NCBI GenBank assembly: GCA_965202585.1
Contig: OZ241834.1
Coordinates: 31,806,001 to 31,870,000, forward strand
Direction: 5' to 3'
Source of the DNA: Thalia democratica
Taxonomy: Eukaryota
Length of the DNA: 64,000 bases
Shown here: piece after piece, positions 13,451 to 25,900 of the stretch
How positions within the stretch are numbered: position 1 is the stretch's first letter
Layout: each line of letters starts with the position of its first letter
The notes under the pieces: generated by a model
Seen by the model: only the letters and a program-made list of their open reading frames with translations
Database searches by the model: none
Told to the model about the DNA's origin: nothing
Made by a program: the position numbers and the translations under genes

Positions 13451-16400
13451 TTATTACTAAGTTTAAACATTTTGTTTCGTTGCAATATTTTTTAAATTTT
13501 TAGTTATTTTAATAAAACTATGAATAATTATATAAAACTATTGTAGTTAATAGTAATTAAGCATTTGATGAAAATAATTAACATATTATTTTCGAAAAAA
13601 ATAAAAGTTTCTTATTAAACATCATCCTTAAAAAAATATCAGTAGAGTACATATTGAAATTTCATGCTTATTCATAAAAACCTGGATTTTTAAAAGGTAT
13701 TTCTCTTAACTGCCCTATTTTACTACTAACTTGTTATGAATATGAATAACGCCCCTTAAAAAACATTTCATGAACAATCAAACAACAGCATTTCTTATTA
13801 CACCAATAAAAATCAATGTTGACTTAAATAAAATATTAAAATTACATAATATAATTGAAAAATTACTGTAATGTTTTCAACAATTAGATTTTAGGTTGGT
13901 TAGAAACTGTGTGTAAAATTAATCTAAAATAATTTTAAACTTTCTGTTATGTTAGCTATTTATTTTACTTATCTAAATTTTTAACATCAATTTTTTATAA
14001 TTGTATTATAAATATATATTATAATTTTTTGTTGTATAGAATTTTAACAGGATTACCAGTTTTTGAGCAGCAAAAATCAATACGAATTTATTAGTGAAAT
14101 ATAAAACATTTCAAGTCTTAGAACCTAATTACACCTATAATCAAAACGTTGAAAATACATTATAACAAACTGTACATTATATCAAATTGTATGTTTTGAA
14201 TAAACCTATCAGATTACTGTTTAAATTATAAAAGTTTTTGAAAAAAAATTATTTTAATAGCAGTAGTCAAAATACAAAAAATAAACTTGTGGTTCATCAT
14301 GTTTGTAATTTACTATAGAACTGTCATCATGTTTGTAAACTGATAGTTCTATACTAAATCTTATAAGATTAATTAACTTTGAGTATATAGAAAGACTTGA
14401 AAATTTAAATCTAGATAAAAACTATCCGGATTCGCATAAAAAACCAACTGGCCTTAGTTTAAACATTCTTAAAACAACTTTAACTAAAATGACAATGTAC
14501 CGAATTGACCCTTTAGTCTTTGAATTTTAATCAATTCGAGCTATCATGGGTGGCAACTCTGTTTTAAATATCACCAGGTTTTTTTACTTAACATGACTAA
14601 AACACATGTTCTTGTTTATTTAAATAATATCTTAACTAACAAAATTACTTTTTAATAAAACCATTTGACAAACGGCACAGATCGATAAAACGTTTTATTA
14701 GCGAATATATTTAATTCAAAAAATGGGAAACACACAAAAAAAGTACATAGAAAGTAATTAAAGAACAACAAAGAAAAAATAATAAGTCATTTGAAAACGT
14801 TAGCTTTTTTGTATATGCGCGAAATGCACTTAGACCGACATGGGACAATCAATTTGTTAAATAAACTAGGGCTGAAAGTGTTCATACTATGACATTACAA
14901 ACTTTGCTCGTCTATGCATTCGTGTGATGTTTGTATTTAATTGCATCGAAATATAGTCTGATATAAATTGAACTCTATAAACTAAGCTATACAGAAGTTT
15001 TTAGAATTCACATTTACAAACCCATGAACTAAAATCTTAAAAATCCAAGTCGTTTTATTTTTCAATACATCCTAACCTATACAGAATTTCCTCGCAAAAA
15101 AGTTGCGAAGAAACTTAATTGATCTTGTTGATGGTAAATTAAATAATCACTTAAGATGTTCCATAGACTTAAGATGTTCCGTGGACAGTCCGGATGCGGC
15201 AACTCAGTTTATTTTATCAACAAATCAAATAATTTTCAACGAAACAAAAAACTATTCCGAAAGCAATGCAAAAAAAAAAACAAGAAGTATTAATTGTATA
15301 AAAAAATTGATATAAAATAGAAAAGGAATTTGTTAAACTGCAAAAATAATGTCTAAATCAGGTCCAAAGGACTTTGTATATGAATTCAAGTTTTTTTTTT
15401 TTTTTGCGAAAGTAAACTCACTAAATGCTTGTGTTAGAATGAACTTCATTTTTCAATTCAGGCTAAACACTTGCTTTGGTAGAAATTCATGTGTACTATA
15501 ACTAATAATTCTTAAATACTTCATTTAATATTTCATAGAAAACTTATTTTTAACTAGAGGACTTTGTGAAACATTTAGCTTACTTTTAATTACTAGTGAG
15601 TTAGTTGGAAATAATAGTTATAGAACAACTTGTTAGAAAAAACTCAAGCGCTATTGATTGTATAGATAAATATTTTTAATCAAAAACTCAGTACTACCTC
15701 AAAACAATAAAACCACTTTTCACTACACTATCGTCATTTACTACTAAGGCGCTATCAATTTGTTTATAATTTAATTATTTAAAGTTGTAAAATTTAAATA
15801 AAAACTTATTATTTTATTTCAGAATATACTTAATTTTAAAAATTTAGTGAAGTAAGACTATTTAATCAAGTATAAGTTGTGTACTGATTTTTAATCTTAT
15901 TTGAGGCTTAAAAGTAACATTAACAATTTTATTAATACAAAGACTTAACATATTCGAATATTGCTAAAAACTTTTGCAAGTGTTTTATAAATAGACAAAT
16001 GTGTAGCTGCAAGTTATTTTATTTTTTTAAGTGCAAATATAGACAAAGATTATTCTATTCCAATCAAAAGCTTTAAGTTTTGTCTCGATATTTTATTACC
16101 ATCCATTGTAATGCATATTAAAAACTGTTTTAATTCATTAACCATTGAATTCTAATAAAACTTTTAAAACTAACTTAAATTCTATTCACAAAAATCATTA
16201 AAAAACAATAGCACATACGCTGGCTATATGAAAGTTAAATTATTTTTTACAATATTTGCTAGCAAATGTCTAATGTGCGCTCCGCTTTGAATCATGTTAA
16301 TTTTATCAAAAAAAGAGAAATGTAATTCCAACTGTATGCGTGTGCGTTTGTCGAAACTTAAAAGGTGTGAGAGAAATATTGAAGCATAAAAAAAAGAAAT

Positions 16401-16597
16401 TTTTTTCAACTAAAAGGCGCAAAATGTATAATAGAATTAATAAAAAAACTCGTATATCAAATGGCAGCAAGATACAAACGAATAGACCATAAATAAATTC
16501 AACTAATTCCTTCCAAAATATGTTCCGCCCCTGCTACTCCTCGCGCGCGCGATCACATACGTAAAAAAGTGTCTATTTGTTAAAAAACCGTAATGCA

Positions 16598-16984
16598 TCA
16601 CTCGTTACCCGTTGAGTTCATCAGGTTCTCCAGGTCGCTGTTGCCTGGCAACTGCTGCTGGGGGTTCTGGAAGTTCTGGTTGATCTGCTGCCGGCTTGCC
16701 ATCCCCATCTGGCCCCCTTGCTGCTGCGTCATCATCTGCCCCTGGTAACCCATCTGCTGCTGTTGTTGGTTGTTGGGGTCCTGCATCTGGCCCATCTGCG
16801 GGTTGGTTGCCACGGGCGACGCCATCTGGTGGGGGATCCTCTGCATCATCTGCTGCTGGGCGGGCTGCTGCCCGGGGGAGGTGAGCATCTGTTGTTGGGG
16901 ACTGGCGATCATGTGTTGCTGGGGGCTGGTCAGTATTTGCTGGTTGGGCCGGATCTGCTGGCCCTGCATCATGCCGGCTGCGTT
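16598..16984 (-). CDS. CREBBP: CBP exon 33, terminal coding exon
   Basis: cacag acceptor; Q-rich ORF ending ...[14 protein letters not shown] (matches ORF 16598..16972). Confidence 0.9.
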   Translation of the reverse strand, partial: NAAGMMQGQQIRPNQQILTSPQQHMIASPQQQMLTSPGQQPAQQQMMQRIPHQMASPVATNPQMGQMQDPNNQQQQQMGYQGQMMTQQQGGQMGMASRQQINQNFQNPQQQLPGNSDLENLMNSTGNE

Positions 16985-19900
16985 CTGTGAAATAAATATT
17001 TAAAATTTTTTTAAACCTCAACCATGAAAACCTTGAAGAATTTAACTCATGTTCCGATTTAACCAACTCATTTTTCGACCAACACCCTTAAAACCTGTAT
17101 TTCTTAACATTCAACCTGTAATCTTTGTCACCATAGTCTTTACTATTTTTAACTTCATAGTTACAGCCCCAAACTTCTAAATTGTATCAACTTTACGAAG
17201 TGACAATGTGTTATCAATTCAAAAGTAACATAAGTGAAATTCTGACTTGTTTTCAAATAAAATCGTTTTTGTAAAAGTTACGCAGAATTCTTAGAGTGTT
17301 TTAGGTACAGAATTTTAACATGATAAAAAACTTGTTTTAAAATTACAACTTATCTTGACCGTAGTTAGGGTTTTTGAGATTGCAGATTTGGATTGCTACG
17401 ATTTCAACAAATCTTAGTAAAATCATACTGCTCATATATTTTCATTACAAGTGTTTTGTAAGTTTTGCAATGAGAACAATTAACTCACTGTAATCTTTTA
17501 AAACTTAAAGAAACACATAAAATCTTTAACATCGAAAGAAGTTTTGAAACTGACCGTTTGTTGGTGCACTCTCTGCTGCTGCATGGAATATTGCTGTTGA
17601 GAGGAAATTAGTTGCTGCTTCTGGCCCGTATTTTGAACTATGACTCGCTGGTTAATGTTCTGGTGTAATTGTTTAGTTTTTAAATTACAAAAGTAGCTTT
17701 GGTGAAACTAACTATGCAAAATGAAAAATTAAGAAACTCACACTATTTTGATTTTAACTCTGTAAAGTAACTTTTTTTATTTGTTTAGATCTTTAAATGC
17801 ATATTAAACCCATGACAGTTAATTAAAACTTCACATGGTTTAATAACGATGGTATTGTTTTCAAAACACAATTCAAACAAGTCCTGTAGTCTCTCCAAAC
17901 ATCAAGTTACAATTTCAACATACCTGATTGTAGTACTGGTTGGGGTCCTGCGACCTGATCTGCTTGTGCTGCCACATGGCGTGCATGTTGCCTCCCATGT
18001 GACCCGTCACCTGCCGCTGCGGGTTGATGGACTGGCTCATCACGGGCGTCATCGTCTGACCCATGCCTTGCCCGTCAGCCTTGAAATAATTAAAATTGAC
18101 TTAAACAATGAAACAATAAATGACACGGTTTTTATAAATGTATCGATTGCCAGCTAAAATTATTATTTATTGATTTTTTATTGTTATACATATTTCTATT
18201 TCAGTTGCAACTTCAATTATTTCGAACCTAGTATAAACTTTTTAGAAGAAACAACTAAGCATATTGAAAAAAGTTATTTCTTTACCAAACTACTTCTACA
18301 TAACTGCATTTTATATTAGTCAACTTTATCAAACACCAAAACACTCACCCGCATCATGTTGGGCCGCCTTCCGCCGGGCGCCCTGATCATGGGCTGCTGG
18401 CTGGTGTAGTACGGCTTGCTGCCCGGCTTCCCCTGCGACCTGATCATCGCCATGCCGCTTCCGGGGACGCCCCTCTGCACGTGCGGCTTGCTGCTCACCG
18501 GGATCCTCCCCTGCTGCATGTAGTGCCCGTTGATCTGGTAGTTCTGCTGCTGCTGCTGCGGCCGCGCCTGGTCCGCCGCGATGATCTGCGCCCTGGTGGC
18601 TTCCATCATCGCTTGGCTGGTGGCCATGTTGGTCGCCATGCCGACCTGCGGGCTGGGCTTGAACCGCTTGGGGTACGGCTCGCCCTGCTGGGTGGAGTGG
18701 GGGCTCATCATGCCGCCCACCGGCGACTGCTGCGGCATCTTGGAGGAGATCTTGCGGGCGTACCCCGCCACCGGGGAAGCACCGACCATGCTGCCCATCA
18801 TGCCGCCCTGGTGGTCGTTGATTGGGGTGCGCGGTCCTTTGGCGGACGCCTCGCCCATGTTGGCGGGGATCTCCCTGCTCTGCTGCTGCTGCGGGACGAC
18901 CTGCTGCTTGTTCATGTTGGCCATCCTCCGCTTGAGCATGGCCTGCGTCTTCCGCTGGTTCTTCTGCTGCTGGTTCTTGAACTTGGTCTTCAGCCCGCTG
19001 CAGAACGGAACCTGGCAGTTCCTCTCCTGTGAGAAAATAAAAGTTTTGTTGAAAATAAACGTTTCAGGTAAAACTTGCAAAACGTGTTTTTACAGTTAAC
19101 AAGCCGAACACTTTTTATGGCCAAAAAAGTTTAAATTTTATAAAAGCATACTTTATTTATAAATAATAAATCGTAATCTTGTCAACATATCCAATAACTT
19201 TTTTTATAATAACTAACTTAACTTTAAAACTGAACAACAATCTACCAAATTTACAAAGCCACACAATGTCCGACACAACCTGCAACATAATAACATATCA
19301 AAAAAACTCACTTTACAGTGCTTGGCGTGGTAGATGCACAGAACGATGAGCCTCCTGCAGACCGAGCAGTTGTTCGTTCCCAGGTTCTGGTTCCTGTGGC
19401 ACTTCTTCGCGTGCAGCAGGACCTGAAAGTGCAACAAGTGCTGGATACGAGTACAAAAAAGAGGTTAGTTATAAGGTTTAGTTTCGTTGCAAACGAACTG
19501 GTTAAGAAATTTTATAGAACAATTTTTGTTTGATTTTATGTTCATTAAATGTAATACAAAAAGTTGTTGATTATCGATTTAGTTTAAATATAAGTTTCAT
19601 TTCTCTGTCACACTTTTCAATATCAGCTCAAATTGCTTTTGTATTAATAAGTAAAAAATTTTGAAACTAGCACTTTCAATTTTTTCAAAACATTTTCAAA
19701 AAAACAACTTAACAAACCTTCTTCATCTGCTTGCACTGCACCGACTGGCAGTTGGCGTTGTTGCACTGGCTGGCGTGCTTCAGCGACTGGATCACCCGCT
19801 GCACCGACTCGTTCCTCGGCGCGCCCGACGACCTGTGGTTCGGCGAGCCGATGTCGATGCCCAGCCCGATCTCGACCATCTGGTGGGCGTGGCCGTCCTT

Positions 19901-22900
19901 CTTGTAGCACTTCTTGCACAGGTCGAAGTCCTTGTTAAAATTTTCCTTACAAGTTTCAAGGTTAAATATTGGGGTTTAATGAGTGAAAAAAAAAGTCGTT
20001 AGGTAGAAGTTTATTATGATTGTTATCAAATTGTGTAAAAAATTTTAGAAAATTAAAAATTTAGGTTTGTTAATTTCCTAACTGATGCATTACTGACAAT
20101 TCATCTTGTTACCAGTAACCCTCTAACTATTACATTTCTATTTGATATACCAACAACAGTTTGTTTCAAATAAAACGGTTGAAACGCATCACACGGTTTG
20201 TGAAAAATATGCTGGCAATTTAAAAATTTGTTAAAGTATTTTTTTAAACTGTATGCAACTACAAACTTATTCAAACCTCGGCAACTTTTCTAACCAAATT
20301 ATTTATTAAATATACAAAACAACTAACTTCGCACACAGTGCAGTGGTACCTCGTCTCCATGTTGCAGTTGCAGTTGTTGCAGGTGTACATGAAGTCCTGG
20401 GCTTGCATGTGCAGGTCGTGCGTCATGCACATCGTCGAGTACTGTTGATTAAGTATTATTTTCATACATAGGGTATAATTTTAATGCTAATGAGATTTAA
20501 AATACAGAACATTAGTTAGCGCATTGTCGAGTACTGTTTGATATAATGCACTTGAATTTAATGAGTTTGTAAAAACGTACTGCTAGTCAGTAAAAAAGTG
20601 TTTACTTCTGATGAATAATAATTGATAAGAGATGCTTTCCGCAAAATTTGCAAGTTGTGCTTTATTTTTATGTACATGATAAATACTAATGTTAAGTTAG
20701 ATCTGAAAACATTTATTTGAAATTAAAATTTTAGCTCATTTCTCATTAGTGAAGTTTTCCAACTAGTTACTGAAACATTTTGGACGAATTTAAATTTCTA
20801 TGTTAACTTCGTGACTTGTAACTTAAGAAGCGTTGAAATAAGCAGCTTGCACCAGTAAGAAATTTACAACAAACAAAAACACTCACGTAAGTCCTGCGGA
20901 TGCTGGAAAACTCGTAATGCTGCTCCCTGGCCAGCGTGAGGAAGGTGTCCCTGCCGTCCATGAGGTCGCACGGGATGAAGGGATCCGGGTCGTTGATCGG
21001 CCCCGGCTTGTTCATGCCCTCCTTGTTCTGAAGCTTGATCACGAAAAACACCTGGATTTGAAATAAGTTTGTTGTGTATTTGTATTGATACAAAATAAGT
21101 TTATTTGCATTGATGAATTCTCAGCTTAGTGCATTAGCTGTTCCGGGTGATTGAATGTTAAAAAGAAACAATTTTAATTTTAAAAAACAACATTTTTCAG
21201 TCATAAAATTTTTAATTATTGCTTTTTATTGTAAAATCTTAATACTTATCTCGTGATTATGTTTTAATTATACAACCAAAACAATCATTGAAAATTAATC
21301 AACTTATTAAAACCGACAACGTCTCTGAAACTATAACACACTGATACTTTTCAACAATTTTTTCAACAACCAACTCTCACCGTTTGAATTTTTTGTTAGC
21401 AGAACAGTGATACTTTACGCATTTAAAAAATTCACATACATTTACACACAAAACCAATACCTCGCTGTGCTTCTGCATGACGCTGTAGATCTTGTCGCTC
21501 AGCTCGGTGGCCACCGGCGAGTTCTTCTTCTTGGTGTTCCTTTTAGAAGCCTGCTTGCTCCCCTTCTTCGTCTTCTGCTTCTTCTGGCTTTCCGAGCAGT
21601 TCTGGCTCTGCAACGTTTCGTTGTAAACTTTTGATTGCGTGATAATTTAGCTCGAAAAATATTAATAATAAAATTTTTACCTTTAATTTTTTTTCTTACA
21701 CAAAATACAATCTATCATTTATTTTTCATTTTCCAGCATAAAAAAACTTTTCAAGCATTCAACGTTATGAAAATTCCGTTATATACGTAATTTCATAAAA
21801 AAGAACTAGTTAAAAAATATAACGTTTTTTACAGTAAAAACAATCAACGCATCTACTTTTTTTCAAGTACCTAGCATTAAAAAATTTTCAACTATTTCAA
21901 ACTCATAAAACTTTCTGTTATACATGTGATTTAAAAAAATAGCAATTTAATTTTTTTTTTAATAATAACTCAATATCTAAATAATAAATAAATTATAAAT
22001 AATAAGATTATAATTCAAAAATTTCCACGGACCTCCTCGGCGGCGGCCTGCTCGTCGGCTTCCGCCTGCTTCCTCTCCTTCTCCTCCTGGTTGAGCTCCT
22101 TGATGGTGTCCTCCATGATGTTGGGCCAGAAGTCGCCGTCGAAGTAGGGCACCTCCGTGGCCGACTGCAGCCGGTCGTCCTTGGCCTGCGAGTAGATGTC
22201 CTGGAAGGAGTTGACCGACTGGTCGCACTGTGAAAATTTGTTTGTCGTTTGAAAAGTGTTTACATATAAAACAAATTGTTGAAAGTGTTCATTTTAATCT
22301 AGGACGTGTAAAAGTGACTTTATTATTATTCAAGTCAAAAATATTGAAAATATGTGATTTTTGGGGTTAAAAACAGTTTTTTGGGCAGCAGCTTGATTTT
22401 TTTGGCATTATTTTTTTTAGTTCTTCTAAATGAAGCCATAACACATCCAAATCATACCCCCTAATAAGTTCAGCAAACATCACACAAGTACTCCCTACCC
22501 TTATTTAGTGTTGTATTTTTATAAAATACTTCCGTAACTTTTAAAAACTCAAGCTAAAGAAGTTTGTTATTCATGATGTTTATATATGTGACTCAATAAC
22601 CGAAAGGTTTCTTCGTACATTACTAGGACTAAATACTTTGAGCGCATTTTTGTCGTTCAACAAACAATACTATTTTTATTTATTAGTATTTTAAAGGCTA
22701 CGCATGGGTCCCTTTATTTGAAACAGATGGCGTTGAAAATACATTGTGTTGTTGCAAACTTCTGATTGATTTTATTTGTGTTTTTTTTTGTGAGATGAAA
22801 CTAGAACTTGTTTATTTGAAAACCGTACATTAACAAGATGTAAACACTTTATCAACAAGCTGTCAGACTTGTAAACTATTAGCACGTAGACTTCTTTCAC

Positions 22901-25900
22901 GCAGCTATTGCCCGCAATCGTTATTAAATTTAGATATGCTTTATATGTTGATAAAAAAATCTCAATAAAACTCTTGACTAAGTTTTGTTTTATTTTTGAC
23001 AACATGAAAATTTTAGAATACGTGCAAAGCTAGCCTGACATTTTTTTTTAATTTTCCTACTCTTACTATATATAGTTTAAATCTAAACGAGTTGTTTAAA
23101 TTAATAAACTCGCATAAATTTTTACTCATGTACTGCAGAAACTGTATAAAACCAATATAGCACCTTTCACCATTTAAACTGAAAACCTTTTTTATTAAAT
23201 ACAAAAAAGTTTCTGTTGTAAAAGTTTACAATTATGTTCTTAAATTTAATAACTACTAATTTCTTAAAAACTTTCCAATAATTTTAGAATTAACGTTTCA
23301 ACATTCTTTGAGTAAAGTATTAGAATTTTTTTTTAATTTAAAAGTTTTCGAACAACTCACCACGGCTTTATCCAGCATTTTCTTGTACCACTCCTGGAGT
23401 CGCTTGGGCTTGGGTATCTTCTGCTCCGGCGGGTGACAGTGGAAAATGTAGTCGTCGCCTTCGCTGGGCGGGCAAGCCCATATGTGGGCGTACTCGTATC
23501 TGTTGGAAAAAAATATTGTGTAAAACTATTTGTATGATTATTATTGTTACAAATATATTAGGTAGCTTTATACTCTGTTTAATGCTAGAATGTGGGCATA
23601 CTCGTACCTGTTAGAAGCAGGTTGAAAGTTAAATTAAGTTTTTTGAGACAATGAATGAGGAAAAAAATGGGTCTTTTCGTAAATTAAAAATCAGACAATA
23701 AGCCATTGAATTTCTCGTTAAAATTAAGTTTATATAGATTTAAAACTGAGTATTAGAGAAAATAATTAAAATTACATCTTGTGAAAATTATTCTATGAAA
23801 GAAAATAAAGGTAGCAAGCAAGTAGTAAAACAGTTTCAATGACGCACAGCGCTTATCAAGATGTTTATGAGCGCCAAAGCGTTTGTTTCAACAAATAAAC
23901 CAAAAACGAACCCGAGAATTCGACAGTACTGCAGATAGCCGATGAGTATTTCGTGATAAACGGGAGTTCTCAGCGGCTTCGGCTGAAAGAAGTGCACCGA
24001 ATCCAAGTAGGACAAGTAAATTCGCTTCTTGTTGGGAGGACCGCAGTTGGCGTATTCCTTTTGTTTGAAAGAAAATTAAATTTAAGTTGAGTTGTTCAGT
24101 TTTTTTAACTATTTTTATATAAATAACTAAAATATGTATAATCTTAGTTTTAAGTAAACTTATCCTAACACATTTTTAAAAATACTAATTTTTTTTTTTT
24201 TTTTTCTAATAAATAATTTTTAAAACTAATTTCTATTTTTTCTTTATCCCTTGTGACTTATTATAATTCAAAATTAAATACACTTACTTGAACGTGAACT
24301 CCGAAAAAGCACACTTCCCGGCCATTACGCTCCTGAAAGGCGAAGAAGGCTTTCGACTTGTACGGGAAGCTTTCAGGCATTTGCTTGTCATCGACAAACC
24401 TGAAAATATATTTACCAATTTCACACAACTGGTACAAGTGTCTAAAATATTCATTGTAAAGTTGTTCCAAAAAAATAACCTTTTGTCAAGTACTATTATG
24501 CTCATCACAACAAGATACCTAATTCTAAACTTTAAAATGTTTACTAAAACCATTGTGCTTCCTAAAATTTTTACAAGTTGTACCAATATGTAATTTAAGT
24601 TAGAAAGAAAAGAAACTTTTAAACAATTTATTTTTTATTAACAGCTCAATTCAATCACACCATAGTCGTAAAAAAATAATTTGTCAACATATGAAAAAAA
24701 TTTGATACAGTTTTATTGTTAAACCCATGACAAAAACAACTTTTTATTGAAACTTGTGAAAACAGCTCAACATACTATTAACTGTACGAAACAAAGTCTT
24801 TAAAAGGAAACTTACTCGCGACCTAAACAAAAACTGAAAACTTAAAAACAAGTTGTATAAATTTATCACAAACTTGCTCTTCATCACCTCAAAAAGTTTA
24901 AACTCAACTGCTTAAACTCATCGCATATCCAAACCAATGTATAATCTACTTATATAACAAACTTATATCTTACTTCAAAATTATTATAACTTAAAATAAA
25001 TAAAACTATAAAATGATCACAAACTCCACCTCAGTCAAATCTTAAACAACTTTAAAACCATTAACTAAATCTTATATTATTCACCGTACCAAACTAAAGG
25101 AGTACATACAACTCCGAGACAAGTTATTAATAACTTAATTAAATTAAAACGAATCACAAACTTGATCTTCATCACCTAAAAAAGTTTAAATTTAGATACA
25201 TAAACTCATCACAAATTCTAAACCAAAGTATAATCTACTTGTGTAACAAACCTATATCTTATATAATATGGTAAATTTTATAATTATTTATAATTAGTTA
25301 GATCACAAACTTGCTCTTCATGCCCTTCTCCACATAAACTTTTAATTAATAAATAATAATATATTAAATAACTAAAATAAATTATATAAATTAAAACAAA
25401 TAAACAAACTTGCTCTTCATGCCCTCCTTCACGTCGACCTGCTTCTCTCCGCTGTACACGCACCTGATGTGCACGTAGCCCGCCTCCTTGTGCTCGTCGT
25501 TGTGCTTCAGGAAGCCGTTCACCCGCTTCTCGATGTGCTCCGACATCTTGTTCTTGGGCAGCTTCGACGCCGTGTGCTTGTTCGGCTTCCTCGTGGCGCC
25601 CTTCGCCTTCATGCACTCGTCGCACACGTACCTGCGTTATGAAAAAAAGGTGATAAAAAAGAATACACTTAAGCTTTTTACTATGTAATAAAAAGCAGAA
25701 GTCTCATGCGTCTAAAGGCTCTGGTTTTTAAAAGTTAAGCTTCGGTAAGATTTCATATGTTTTTGCACATAATTAACTGGTACTACTTTTCTTTTTTTAA
25801 TGATTTAATTAAAAAGGTTTTAAAATATCTAAAATTAGTTCAATTATGAGAGCAGTTTTAAATCAGGAATCGTATTTTTTAATTTTTTATGGATTTCACA

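Noticed and set aside
17330-17420. Possible hidden NCBD exon in intron 32 (ICNLKNPN-like)
   Set aside because: Resemblance is trivial, there is a stop in frame, and there are no convincing splice sites
18481-19099. Long plus-strand ORFs (183 aa, 172 aa) and similar ORFs at 16.7-17.0, 28.97-29.2, 37.0-37.3 kb
   Set aside because: Antisense or alternate-frame shadows of GC3-rich CBP exons; no independent splice or domain support
25303-25340. Exon 20 echo as a real microexon (aaag|28 nt|gtttgt)
   Set aside because: 28 nt would shift the frame between phase-2 neighbours
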